A DNA stretch of 63,916 bases, the filler included, from Reticulomyxa filosa (taxonomy: Eukaryota; Protista; Foraminifera), in NCBI GenBank assembly GCA_000512085.1. It is 20 parts of 20 records of this genome, joined end to end, with 100 filler letters (N's around TTAATTAATTAA, not from the genome) between each part and the next. Parts side by side here need not be neighbours in the genome. Positions count along the whole stretch, not along the records: positions 11,434 to 16,571 come from ASPP01029464.1; positions 16,672 to 19,688 come from ASPP01014407.1; positions 19,789 to 25,241 come from ASPP01005643.1; 17 more parts are not named here. One strand, given 5' to 3'. The notes beneath the pieces are model-generated. The model saw nothing but the letters and a program-made list of their open reading frames with translations, did no database searches and was not told the DNA's origin. Below, in pieces: positions 11,434-24,009 of this stretch. The position numbers were made by a program, and so were the translations under genes. How positions within the stretch are numbered: position 1 is the stretch's first letter; each line of letters opens with the position of its first letter.

Positions 11434-13105
11434 TAAAAAATGACCCACAAGTTCAAGAAAATGACCCACAAACTTAAATATTCGTGAATATTCTTTTGTC
11501 ACTTTTATATACAAAATAGTTGCTTTGAAGGTTGATAGAATAACTGATTATAATTATTTTCTTATTATTTCTTTTTTTTGTTTTCATACGTCATCAAATG
11601 AAAAAAGGGAAAAAAGTTCCTTTTGAAAATTGTCATCAATTTTTTGATAAATTGGGAATTTTATTTGTTGATGCCTTATGCAAATCTTAAACTCAGAAAC
11701 ATGATTCTTATTGTTAAATATTATATAAAATGTAAAAATTTGCATAATTGATATTTTTCACTTCATCCAACTGAGGAACAACATTGTTTGGTCCAGTAAC
11801 AGATTAAAAACAACAATAGGAATTCTAGTATTTCACAAATCTCTGTGTCGTTCTTTTGCTGAGCCATTTTTTTTGTAAAGTATCAAACAAAAAGAGTTTT
11901 TTTGTCGTGAAGAATATGATTGCGAAAAATATTTCTCTTTTCCACACAAAAAAAAATAATCGAAAACGTTTTTTCCCTTTTTATTTCAAAATTTTTAGCG
12001 TTTTCTAAAGTGTTCTCCTCTACACTCCCTTCAACGCTCTTGTGCAACAGTTGAGACTTCAAAAACTTACATTTCAGAAGTTTTGTCCATTCATCCGTTT
12101 AATAAACATATAATTATCACATTTACGTATGGCAGTACATCAAATATTAATTATTTTATTCAAAAGAAGACAAAAATAAGCAAAATATTCTTAGACAACA
12201 TTTGATGATAATTTTTTGAGCATTTGGAAAACTGTAAAATGATCAATTCACATAATGTCATTATTTGTAAAACTACTCAAAAGTCTGTTCAATGTCAAGA
12301 TACAATGTTATATTATATTTAATTTCATTCAAATATCAAATTGTCTTTTCTTTTCAAAGACGTTGAAGTTTTATTTTTTTTTACAAGAAGAAATATGATT
12401 TTATTCCTAGAAGTTTCCAAAAATTTTTATCAATAAAAATCAAAAATATTGTTTGATGTCGATTATTGTCTTTTTTTTTCTTGAGAGGCAATTGTCATAC
12501 TTTGCATTAATGATTGGTGTGACTCGAAAAAAATACATTATCTTTGGAAATGTAATAGCAACGTATGAAAATGATTTTTTGTCTTTGTTTATTACACAAA
12601 AAAACAGAAGTTTAATGATTTGATTGCGCGTTTTCAACGTAGTTTTTTTGATAAATATGACTCCATTTAGCATCTCAATTTTAATCAAAAAATGTTTCAA
12701 TGCATCAATTATATTCATAATTGTTAAACAAAATTACTTGCTTCAATTTGTCCAAAAAAATAAATAATGTATTGAACAGAAGATTTAGTAAAAAGGATCT
12801 AGTCCAAATTTTGTTTCTTTTTTTTTTTTGTTATCTTACATAATGATTCCAATTTTGAAATTAGAAATTTCATTGTTGTTTTTCATTTGTGATAGTTTTC
12901 AAAATGGAACTTTTTTCTCTTTTTTTATTAGATGACGTATGCATTGACATGAAAATAAATAAAAAAATGATGATAATATTACAATAATCAGTCATTGTAT
13001 TAAATTTCACATCAACTATTTTTTAAAAGTAACAGAATCAATAATTTTTGATATTTACGAATATTTAATGTTGTGGGTCATTTTTTAATTTTTTTGAACC
13101 TGTTT
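11434..13105. mobile_element. Putative non-autonomous foldback/long-TIR element with ~200-bp imperfect inverted repeats (11434-11640 vs ~12885-13105)
   Basis: Collinear reverse-complement blocks ATGACCCACAA, TTAAATATTCGT, AAAATAGTTG, ACTGATTAT, CATACGTCATC and GAAAAAAGTTCC. No intact ORF inside; left arm cut by contig edge. Confidence 0.65.
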
Positions 13106-16052
13106 TTTGAAAATGACCCAGTTTTGTTATAAAATAAAAAATTGGTTTTTTTAAAATTTATCGTGATAATATGATCTAGTCGTTATGTTTTAGTTTATTT
13201 TATGGAATAAAAATTATATCAAATAATCAATCAAAACAATGGGTTGCAAAGGGGGAAGCTTAGTCCCAGTTTTTTTATTTTCAAAGATGTAATGTTTGTC
13301 TTTTAAGAGCGAACAACAAGCTTGTTGTCCACTTGTTCACATCATATCTTCTGGCTTATATCTGTTTGTTTTTTTTAAAGAGAAAGTAAAGTAGTAGAAA
13401 AATGATAAGCACTAATTTTATTTTCATTAACGTATATTTATTGCAGTATTTTATCATATCCATCAAATGGATAAATTATCATTCACAACCTTTAACTAAT
13501 CAAAGAAAGGAAAGAAAGGATTCTGCAAAATTGTTATTATTTTACAAATTGCAGTTTAATAGCATATGTTAAGCTTTTAGATTGAATAATTATGTTTGTC
13601 ACTTTGATAAGTAGCATGTTCGTTATTTTAAGACAGTCACAACACACTTTGCAAAGGTATGCAAAAGCAAATACATTTCTGCAAAATTTCAAGATCAAAA
13701 AAAGTCATGTAAAGTCTCTGTGCATTCCTCAGACGAACACAAGAGCAAGATGGGCAGTTTCAATGTATTAATTGCACATTGTAAGATGTTCAAATATAAC
13801 TTTACTAAAATGTGTTTGTTATTGTCATGCAGTTCTTGTAAGATATTGAGAACAAGAAGGATCTGTAAAAGACAAAATGTATATTATCTCAATATACAAA
13901 ATGATAAAGCTTGTCTAAAATTTTATTACATCTATTCAAATAACCATATACAAAGTGAAGCAATATCGCGCAAATTTTCATTGTATATTCACAATATAAC
14001 ACTAAACAATTGAATAATGTGTGCAAATCATATAAATGACATAAGAATCACACTTTATATATAAGTAACAGCTTTGAAAATAAAAAAAAATTAAACACAT
14101 TACTTTAATTGATTTAATAAAATAACTCAATGATCATATGTAATTAAAAAAAAAAAAATTATGACGAGTTGAAGAGTTCCTTAAAAAGGGTCTAGTTCCA
14201 GATTTTTTATTTTTTTATCTAGCATCATTTGTTTTAATCCTTGTTCTCAAAGTTTACAAGGAGAAAATTTATAGTCCCGGATTGCCGAAGAAATTTACTG
14301 TATGGAAGTTGCTGAGATAGTTCAAAGACTTTATCATGACGTTTTTTTTTATAATTAAAAGATATTTTCGATATCTATGTCCAAGAAATTGACATTGTTT
14401 CACCAACAATCGAAAGCTTATTTTATACATTTTTTGAATATAGATACAAATGAATTGATTTTAAAAATAACATTTGATTAATTGTGATATCATCTGATAG
14501 TTGCTTTCATCAGCTGAACTCTTTTTAACAATTGATCACATTTACTGAAAGATTACATGAAATAACTCGTTGTCGAACGAAGTGATTATCTCAAATTTTC
14601 TTTGTGTTCCAACATATGACATCATCTAAACCTTTTAATGTTCAATTGGATCCTTTTGTATTGCTCAAATTCTCAATATTATTTTTCTTTGATACACTAA
14701 GCGTGAGTTCATCAAAGCTTTGCAAACAAAAAAAATACTCAGCCAAAGGGAAAGAAATGAATAAATTGCATCAATATCAAACTAAATAAAAAACTACTCT
14801 GTTTTCAATCGAAAAGAGTGATTACTTTTTTTCTTTGCTTCTATGTAATGTTGCTAATCTTTAAACACCAATAAGGACAAATTTTCTGTTCCTTTGCTAA
14901 GCTCTGAGCCGAAGAAGAGCACTTTGACACACCATACAAAAGAGTTCGTTAACAAAAATAATACCAACAAAAAGTGACCAACATCATTTTTAAATATTTG
15001 TGTGATAATTCCTTATTCTTTTGTTTCCATCTTTTTCTTTTGTGCTAACAGTAGATAAACAAAATGTCACATGACCATCCGATACACAGTCACCTGTTCT
15101 CAACCGTTTTACGGACCTTACTGAAACTTGAGAAATTTATAAAACTGTCGCAAGAACTTTGACTGCATAAAAGCCGTTTCTGCTATCTTTTTTAAGCTCT
15201 CTTCGCTCTGATTAACACGCTAGAATACGTGAGTAGCAAAGCTTTTTTCAATTGAGTCAAAAAAAAAGTTGCACCCTGTCAAAAAATTTTGACAAAAAAA
15301 TAAATAACACACATTTAACAGCAACTTTCAATAACAAATGAAAAAAAATGAAACTTCAATTTCATCGGAAAATAAAATAACAAAACAAGATAACTGAAAA
15401 AACACCACAAAAGGGGGTGCTGATTCCATTTTTTTTATTTTCTTATCTTTCATCTTTTTTTTTGCTCTCATCCAGTTTTTGAAAAACAGACAAATAAATT
15501 CTCCAAACTTGTTGGAAGCGGAATGATTATCGTGCGTCGAATGCACTTGAAAAACAAGTTAATTGACATATTCGAACAAACAAAACATTCAAAACCAAAA
15601 ACTGATTTTATTTAATAATGTACAAATACTTCAAATTATAGTTATTGTGTTCTCTTTTCTACTGTCTTAGATACATTTGCTGTCTGGATACAGAGTTCTT
15701 AGTTAACTAACCGTTCAGCAATGCTCTATGAATAAACATAAGAGGTCCGTAAAAATCTCAAAAAACACTAAGCATTGTAGCAACATTGTTTTTTATTATG
15801 TTTATTTTTGAATAAAGTTTGTTGTATAATTTGGTCATTAAAATCAGCCTTCACAAATTTTATCCTTGAATACAGCTGACGATTTTTTTTGGTAGAATTG
15901 CCAAGGTACTGTCTTAACATCATAACAATGACAATCATTAGCATTTTGTATAGAAATTGTTATCTCCAAAAATTTGCAAACTTCACCGTCTTTTTATCGT
16001 GAACGAATTTTGTCCAGTGTCCGGTTTTTTTTTTACAAAAATTGATATTGAA

Positions 16053-16503
16053 ATGGCTCGACGAGAAGAATTTGACCAAATATTCTCAAAAAAATTTGCA
16101 AAAAGCAGAGAGAAAAAATTTCAACAGCGGGACATGGAGCCAAGGGAGGCATATTATGGTATAGATGTGCCTCCTATAGCTTCTTTCTTAAACCAAGTGG
16201 CACCCGATACATCAATTTGTCTATTGTACGCGGCTGGTTTTTGCAAATTTGGTAGTCAATGCCCAACACAAACCAAATCTAAAAACTCCCACAATTTTAA
16301 AACAGCCCTTGAAGCTGAGAGACAATGGATGTCAGTTAATTACAAAAATTTGAAACACTTTTAAAAAAATAAAAAAATATCCATTTGATCTACAAACTAG
16401 CAAAATGACGTTGCAATCGAAAATGATGGAAATAACAAACCACCCACAATCAAACTACAAAAATGGAAGTATGGGTGTGTTATTGACTTAGAGGGAATGC
16501 CAG
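16053..16503 (+). CDS. 5' part of an ERI1-like DEDDh 3'-5' exonuclease with an N-terminal CCCH-like finger
   Basis: ICLLYAAGFCKFGSQC...H; after a probable intron (~16331-16400), PTIKLQKWKYGCVIDLEGMP, resembling the ERI1 ExoI motif QxxxYxxVIDxE. Truncated by contig end. Confidence 0.55.
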
Positions 16504-16744
16504 GTAAATTTGAGTATTATATATATATTTTTGTAATTTCTTTTTCGTTAAATCATAAAAAATAAATAAGCNNNNNNNNNNNNNNNNNNNNNNNNNNNNN
16601 NNNNNNNNNNNNNNNTTAATTAATTAANNNNNNNNNNNNNNNNNNNNNNNNNNNNNNNNNNNNNNNNNNNNAAAAAAAAAAAGGGAAAAAAAAAAAAAAA
16701 AAAAAAAAAAAAGTGAACATTCAAAGATAAGCTTTTTAGCAAGT

Positions 16745-17155
16745 AATTTGGTGGATTTATTGAAAAGTGAAGTGACAAGTAACAAATCCAGCAAATATGA
16801 ACCAAGGCCATTGCATTCAATTTATTTAAAAATAATAAACTTGAAAAGTCCACAAGACCAGCAACAAGTGGAACAAGTCGGGATCTCCGTGAAAGGAGTG
16901 ATTTCCGTCTCTGCAAGCTTGCAAACACAAAGTGCTACCTTCTATTGCACCAGCAACGATCTAAAGAAAAAAATCATTCACGCTTTGCGAGCCAAAGGCT
17001 TCCAAGTCCAAGACGACAATAGCGATAAAGTTTGGTTCATTTTGTATTTTTCACTTTCTTTTCTTTGTTTAAAAAAAAAAAAAAAAAAACAAAGTTGAGT
17101 AATTGTTGACCGCGTCCATTTGGAATGGACTAGAATACATACACATAGATATAAA

Positions 17156-17189
<34 letters not shown>

Positions 17190-17662
17190 GTATATGCATA
17201 TGTGTATATGATATCAAATTATTATTAAGGATCCCTCGTTTTTAGACGATAGTAAAAGCACTACTTCAAATGTCTCCTCTTTGGCTTCCGAAAGACAAGA
17301 CTTGAGCTCTTTGAAATACACTCCAAACAGGAGATCAGGGCCATCCTATGCTCACTCCCATTCCCATGCCTCGAAGTTTTTTTTTCCCCTTTTTTCTTTT
17401 GTCAATATGAGATATGTGTACATATTTCAATATTTTTTTTTTCCTCATTGTTTTACTTTTTTTTTTTTTTTTTTTTCCCCATCACTTGCTTATTTCGTTT
17501 GTCGGGTTGTACAGGACCGCTATCACAAAGTATCAACCTGATCCCAGTGTCAAAACATTATCGCAAAGACTCGAAGAAGAAAAGAAACAAAAAGAAGAAG
17601 AAGAAAAAGAACAACAACAAACACAATCCTTATTATCTAAAGTAGTTGGATACATTTGGTGA
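16745..17662 (+). CDS. ARMC1: 3' part of an ARMC1-like protein (HMA-like domain + C-terminal amphipathic tail)
   Basis: SIYLKIINLKS...VEQVGISVKGVISVS...LKKKIIHALRAKGF, PSFLDD and a terminal SLLSKVVGYIW*, paralleling ARMC1 (KIKGVISF; PDYL; ...SFYW). Two introns. Confidence 0.6.
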
Positions 17663-19138
17663 CTCTTTTTTTTTTTTTTTTTTTCTTTCACCAACTATTT
17701 TGTGGTTAGGCAATCTCTCCAAAAAAAAAAAAAAAAAAAACTCACACAAAATTCGTAAATAACCTAAAAATTGTTTACAAACAATTCCCGAAAATGTAAT
17801 TTATTTTTCTATTCTATCTGCTTTTTTGGCAGTTACTATTTTGTTTGGACAGTGTCCATAAAGACTTCGTTCCATTTGTTACGTTTTTGTCGCAGGTATT
17901 TCATTATCCTTGATTATACTTTGTTTCTTGTCGTTTGCTATCAGAGTCTTGTAGTTTTGAGGACTGTCAATTGAAACGAAACAATGCTTCTACAATCTAA
18001 AAAAAAAAGAAACTTTGCATGTTTTCATTCCTTCAAAAATGTAAGTTGCCAAAGATTTAGCAAATAATTTCTATAATCTACAGACTAAGTTATTGAAAAT
18101 GACTATATAACACATGCACTTATTCCTGAATAATAGAATTAATAAATGCTTTTTTTGTGTCGACCAAAGGGACCAAACTTATGCACGTAAAGAGAAAAAC
18201 AATAAATTAAAAATTACTTTTATATGATAAAAGCAAAATTAATTTAAAAGATTGGTGTAAGGTTTCATGCTTGGAAGAGAACTGTAGAATCAATACTGAA
18301 AATGTAACAATAAAAAATCAAAATTTAGTGTTATGAGTATAATAGTATAGTTTTAATTTGGATTGTTATGACATATATATGCAAAATTGATAGAGGTATA
18401 AATGCAGACATATACAAAAAAATTTTATGTGATAAAATGATCAAAATCATTGTGTTTAGAAGATAATGTAGATTGTATATTTCAACAGATATTGCCACAT
18501 AGCAATTATAGTAAAAGAATAGTTTGAATAAAACGACATCAAAGTATTGGATTTCACTACAAATTCTACATACATGAACAAAATCAAAAATCTGTTTGTT
18601 TATAGTGAAAACAAAAATATACAAAAAATAACAATCAAAAGAAGAACTTTGTAAACAATTTGAATTAGAATGTGAAAAAATTGACAAAGAAACATGCACA
18701 AAATTAATAAGATCAATACAATAGAGAATACAAGTATTATATAATGCAAAAATTGATTTAACAAAGTGGTAATTTTCAATAAAGCAACAAACTGTGGAGA
18801 TATACAAACTTGAAATGAATTGTGATAATGTTGAAAATTTAACAATATTGCAAGACGTAACTTTAAGAGATATTATCGATAAAATCATTATCACATAACA
18901 GCAATTGTGGTTGTACAAATTTTCAAATCTAGGTTTTTTAAAAATAGTATTACAGTGTTTGAGTCTTGTCCTGAAATTCTACAAGAACGGACTATATGTT
19001 GACTAAAAAAAATCGAACAACTTATGCCCAGTGCTAAAGATGTTATAAATATGAATACTGCATCATATTTTTGTATTGTACAAAAGGTCAAAAAAAAAAA
19101 AAAAGAAGAAAAAAAAAAAAAAAAGGGCTGTGAAAAGA

Positions 19139-19615
19139 TCAAAGTGATTTACGAGTTGAAGCTCTTGTTTTGTATTGTTCCAAATAAGCTCCAGTTTTTG
19201 GATTATACTCAGATTGATCATAATGAAATGAGTATTGTCCCGTCCACAAAAAATTAACGATAATGTCAACATAACACTCCATACACCACTCAGAGGATTG
19301 AAAATTAGTCAATAAAAATTCTTTCAATTTTGTCTTATGTTCTGCGCGATATTTGTTCATTTGTTTGATTGATTGGAACACACTATGATCTATGTCCATA
19401 GGGCTAGTCACAAACAATAGCGAGGACATTGTATTGTTTTCTTCCTCTACAATGTCTCGGCAGTCAACCAATTGCAAATCTACATTAGTGACATCGATTA
19501 TGTACTCAATACACTCAAAAGTAGAGTCGATTATCAATTTTGCATTCTCCATGAACTCCAAAGTAAAAAAACTGTACAAAAGCGTTCGCAGTACTTTACA
19601 ATGTTCGTAGAGCAA
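19139..19615 (-). CDS. Hypothetical protein exon
   Basis: 158-aa ORF with normal amino-acid composition in very AT-rich DNA; no family recognised. Confidence 0.4.
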   Translation of the reverse strand: MLYEHCKVLRTLLYSFFTLEFMENAKLIIDSTFECIEYIIDVTNVDLQLVDCRDIVEEENNTMSSLLFVTSPMDIDHSVFQSIKQMNKYRAEHKTKLKEFLLTNFQSSEWCMECYVDIIVNFLWTGQYSFHYDQSEYNPKTGAYLEQYKTRASTRKSL

Positions 19616-19788
19616 ATCAAATTTATTTTCGTCATTTTTGCCACTGTTCCAAAAAAAAAAAAAAAAAAAAAAAAATTTTCTTTTTTTTNNNNNNNNNNNN
19701 NNNNNNNNNNNNNNNNNNNNNNNNNNNNNNNNTTAATTAATTAANNNNNNNNNNNNNNNNNNNNNNNNNNNNNNNNNNNNNNNNNNNN

Positions 19789-20069
19789 TGTTGTTGTTGC
19801 TGTTGCTGCTGTTGGTGTTGTGGGCGTAGTTGGGGTCAGTGGGGTCACAGGGGTCATCGGTGTCATCGGCGTTGAAGGCATCGCTGTCACAGTGGCGGAT
19901 GAAGAATTCAATGGGTTTGTGTATGTGTATACGTAGGGGGTGTACCCCTGTGATACCTTCACCGTTGTGATGTACGCTTCGTGAAACGAGTTCTGTAGAT
20001 ATTGCAAGAGAAATGATGTCTTGCCACATTGACTCATTCCATCCAATGCTATGTTCAAAACTACCGTAC

Positions 20070-20121
<52 letters not shown>

Positions 20122-20125
20122 GTTA

Positions 20126-20160
<35 letters not shown>

Positions 20161-20751
20161 GTTATTATTATAACTATAATTATTAACAGTAACCATGCTA
20201 TTGTCACTATTGCTGTTATTACTTTGACTTATCCCGTTTGTTGCTGGCAATGTGCTCGATGAACTGCTCTTCAACGAATACGTCCAGCTTTTTTCCTCGC
20301 CTTTGCGTGTTGCACTACTTGCCATCCCTCCCGATGTCGAGGACGATTGCACATAACTATACGATCCGATCACGTGCACGACTCGGATGATATCGATCTT
20401 CTTGTGGAAGTGCTTGTAGATTTGCAATATTCGCATCCAATACAATAATATGCTTTCGATTTGAATTGCTGACAAATACAACTCTGGACACTTGTGGTTC
20501 AGGTATATCTCGTTCCTTGGAGAGTGCAACAACCCACTTATGTTTTCTGGCCATAATGACGTTGATGACGAATTCGCGTTGTGTCCTCTTATCCCTCCCG
20601 GTTCTTGGTCTGACGGAGACGTTGGCGACTGCGGCTGTGACGTCCCAGTCTTTATTGCCTTAGCTCGGATTAATGAGGACGAATTCAATTTATGGATGTT
20701 CCCGCTTTCATATATCCCTTGATCTTGACTGGGAGTTGGTCCCATGGTCAA
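19789..20751 (-). CDS. N-terminally extended Ras-superfamily small GTPase-like protein (3'-truncated)
   Basis: VVLNIALDGMSQCGKTSFLLQYLQNSFHEAYITTV reads as beta1 + G1 P-loop + G2 effector region. It is preceded by a ~230-aa Ser/Asn-rich extension. Confidence 0.65.
20070..20185. repeat. (ATT)n microsatellite encoding poly-Asn
   Basis: Seen directly. Similar tracts at 25342-25380, 25720-25746 and 58907-58989. Confidence 0.95.
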
Positions 20752-21219
20752 TATTTTTTGTTGTTCTTTCTATCTTTGCCTTGTTTTTCTATCCACCCCC
20801 CCCTCCTTCGCCACTCAGAACTTAAAAAATCCGTGACAGCATTCTTTCGTTTTTTGTAATTTTTACTTTAAAAAAAGCAAGTGTTATATAATGGCAATCG
20901 GATTCACAAAATTTTTTAAAGTTTTTTTGCCGAGTATATTATGTTCTGTGTAGCGACGAGGATAGATTTGTGAAAATTTGAATATACTTATTTTTATCAC
21001 ATAGACAAGATAAATATATAAATATTCACATTAAAAATATTCAGAAAAATGGCCTCCTGCCTAAAATTTTAAGTTTTTATAAACAGTATGTAATTACAAC
21101 AATGGACACAGTGGCCATCGTAACTGTGTTTTTGAGTTAGAAAATCTGGTCTTAAAAAAAAATTTAAACAACCCGAAATTTGATTTTTCCTTCGCTTTCT
21201 GACAAGAAATTAGTGGAAC

Positions 21220-22011
21220 ATGTCAAGTCCTTTGAAAAGAGAGTTGATGAGTATAATGGGCCAGAAGGCTGGCATTTTTCGAGGATTCGTAAGAGGCTTG
21301 ACGCGTTACTGGGTGAAAGATGGTCACTTGAGCAAAAAATATCCAGCATGGTATATTTTACCGGAAAGGCCAACCCCCGGTTTAGAAAGAAAGCTCAACG
21401 AATACGGTCTCGTGAAATCATCCAACCCAATTTTTTATTTGTTTATTCTGTGTCCTTTATTTTTCCTACCATGTTTGTGAGTCTGTGAGATAATCATTAA
21501 TAACAATTTGAAACAGTTGAAGGAGGGGGGGTGGGGAAAAAAATTTTGAAAATAGGATTACTTTATGATGATTTCGTATGGCGTGACAAAGATGGTGGGG
21601 ATCTTGTTAAAACCGCCATCAAAAGATTGCCTGCAGAGGTTCAAGAAATGAGACAGCGACGAATTGACAGAGCAAATGATTTGTTGTTCAAAGTTATAAA
21701 TACTTACAACTTTTTTTTTTTTTTTTTTATGTATGTCCCCTTAATGTATAGAGTTTTTTTTTTTTCATTTTTCATAGCATATTACAATACCAGAGGGTAT
21801 GTGGAATCATCAAGGCTCTCCCTTGGATCCAAAAAATATGTACTTGACGTTAAGGAACGAAAACGAAATTTTTTTTTTAAAAGTGTTTGACTGCCTTCAA
21901 GCACAAAAATGGTCTATTGTGGGGGGGGGTTGAATTGTGAACAGTCCGTCTATGTCAAAATTGTATTATGAAAGCCATTTGAACCGAGATATCAAGTATA
22001 AACATGAATAA
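21220..22011 (+). CDS. QCR7: Cytochrome b-c1 complex subunit 7 (14 kDa), 4 exons
   Basis: RKLNEYG/LLYDD...VKTAIKRLPAEVQEMRQRRIDRANDLLFK/HITIP...YLT/PSMSK...HE*. Matches the UQCRB pattern (YGLxxDD, AxxRLP, RxxRxxRAxDL). Confidence 0.85.
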
Positions 22012-22401
22012 TGCTCTTTTCCGTCTCGCAAAAGAAAAAGGAAAAAGTTGAACAAATAACAGTTGATGACTGAAAAAAAAAGTGTCATCAAACATTTCAT
22101 GTTTAACTTTTTTTTCCCACATGGCAGGGCAATTTTTTTTTGAGGAAAAATTAAAACAAAATTCCCTTTGCTTCTCGTCGTGTTTATTTTCTTCACATTA
22201 ATCTTCTGTTTCGGAAAAAAAAAGGGTGCAAAAGAACATTTCAACGTCACATTTTGTCTAACCAAAAAACTACGACAAATTAAACCATTACTTTGTTGTC
22301 AACTTATGTATCCTAAAAAAAAAAGTTAGATTCTTCCTAAAAATTCCCCGTAATTTTGATGAACATTCCGAAAAATTTGAAGAGAAAAAGTAAAAACAAA
22401 A

Positions 22402-23565
22402 TCATTTTTTTGTTTCGCTCCCTTCAGTGGCAATGACATAATCATACAAGGGATGAAAGTTTCGAACTGAGCAAGTTATGCTGCGGGTTTGATAGTAAGA
22501 CAAATCCGACTGTAAGTTTTCAATAATGTCATCCAACAAAATGGCTTTACCAATGCCCATGGACATGAACCTGAAGGTCATGCCATCGATTACATTGGGA
22601 ATGCATTGAAAGTGGATGTGAAAGGAATAAAATTGAGGGGGATAGTGAACATAGGCCATGACTTGAGACTCAACAATGCCATAAATTTCACTAATTTTGG
22701 AAAGCGTCTTTTCTTTGATTTTGACAAGCAGAGAAATGTGTTCAGCTAAACAAAGATCACGTATACATTTTAATTTAGTATCAAAGAGAATAGCAATAAT
22801 ATGCAAGTTATTAATAATATCGTTTGTGCCCATTTTGCTTTTCCACTCCAAAGGATTGGGGTATTCCTTACAATTAACATGTGTACTCCACCCTTGCGAA
22901 ATTACGGATACGAATTCATTTTCACATCGCACAATATTTTTTTCTAACTCTTTTTTTCCTAGCAAGATATCTTGCACCCACGCAATGTCTTTGGAGGGAA
23001 GTGAGTCAATATAAGGTTTGGTTAGGCGTGTATAGAGTTGCATGGACTCACGAACAGCGCGAGTGTCTGATGTCGCCTTGTACTTTTTGTAATGCTTTTC
23101 GAACATTTTTTGTTGGTCTTCTCTTTCTTTTTCATTATTTGGCGTTTTTGTCCAGGGGTAGATCAAGTCCACCAGGATTGGATAGTACTGGACTTTGACT
23201 TTCGACGTCTCATGTAGGGACGTCGTTGTTGTTTTAAATTCACCTTTGTACTGTGCAAAACCTGTTCCTAACTCTGTGTTTTCGGTTAGTTTCATATTTG
23301 GTAATATCAAATTTTTCACTATTTCTTCATTTATTTGATTTCGTCGCAATATCACTATTGTCGGTTTCTCGATTTCTACGCCAAAGTATCCCTTTATCAC
23401 CACTGCATTTGCTGTCGCATGCAAGGTTTCTTCCCATACTAAATCTTTCAAGCTTGTCAATTTATCTAGCCAAAGCTCTTCGACGGCACTTTTTATTTCT
23501 TCCTCTTTTCCTGGCTCCAGATACAATAAACACTCATCTATCAATTCCAAAATTCTTGTGCTCAT
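22402..23565 (-). CDS. DCPS: m7GpppX diphosphatase (scavenger decapping enzyme DcpS), single exon
   Basis: LIYPWT...KHYKKY, VRESMQLY...TKPYID, AWVQDIL, LKCIRDL, HIT-region YVHYPPQFYSFHIHF, GKAILLDDIIENL. Confidence 0.92.
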   Translation of the reverse strand: MSTRILELIDECLLYLEPGKEEEIKSAVEELWLDKLTSLKDLVWEETLHATANAVVIKGYFGVEIEKPTIVILRRNQINEEIVKNLILPNMKLTENTELGTGFAQYKGEFKTTTTSLHETSKVKVQYYPILVDLIYPWTKTPNNEKEREDQQKMFEKHYKKYKATSDTRAVRESMQLYTRLTKPYIDSLPSKDIAWVQDILLGKKELEKNIVRCENEFVSVISQGWSTHVNCKEYPNPLEWKSKMGTNDIINNLHIIAILFDTKLKCIRDLCLAEHISLLVKIKEKTLSKISEIYGIVESQVMAYVHYPPQFYSFHIHFQCIPNVIDGMTFRFMSMGIGKAILLDDIIENLQSDLSYYQTRSITCSVRNFHPLYDYVIATEGSETKK

Positions 23566-24009
23566 TTATATGCCAAATATACTTTTCTTTCCACCAAATG
23601 TCTCTTATCGTCCAAGCCCTTTTTAAAAAACAAAATTCTTGTGCTGCATGCTTTTTTCTGTTTTCAATTTTTTTTTACTTTTTTTTTCCATCTTTTTATC
23701 TTCTTCATTCAATAATCGTTCAAACACTGGCAAACTACAAAGCAATTGCATTACCATATAAATATTTTATTAACTTTCATCGTTGTAATCTTTTGAAATT
23801 TTTTATTTTTCTTGCAAGTTAATAAAATATTTTATTAAATTTTTTAGCACAATAGATGATGTAAATCTAATATACTATATTTTTGTAAGATCTTCTATTG
23901 TATTTTTTAAAATGCAAATATTTTATTTCTATAATAATTTTAATCAAGAAATCATATTCAATATCTTATTATTAATATAGTTATAATTTAAGAAAATAAT
24001 GATTTATGA

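Noticed and set aside
15107-15754. 12-bp inverted repeat TTTTACGGACCT / AGGTCCGTAAAA as MITE ends
   Set aside because: Flanks align poorly, and one 12-mer match in a 5-kb contig is close to chance expectation.
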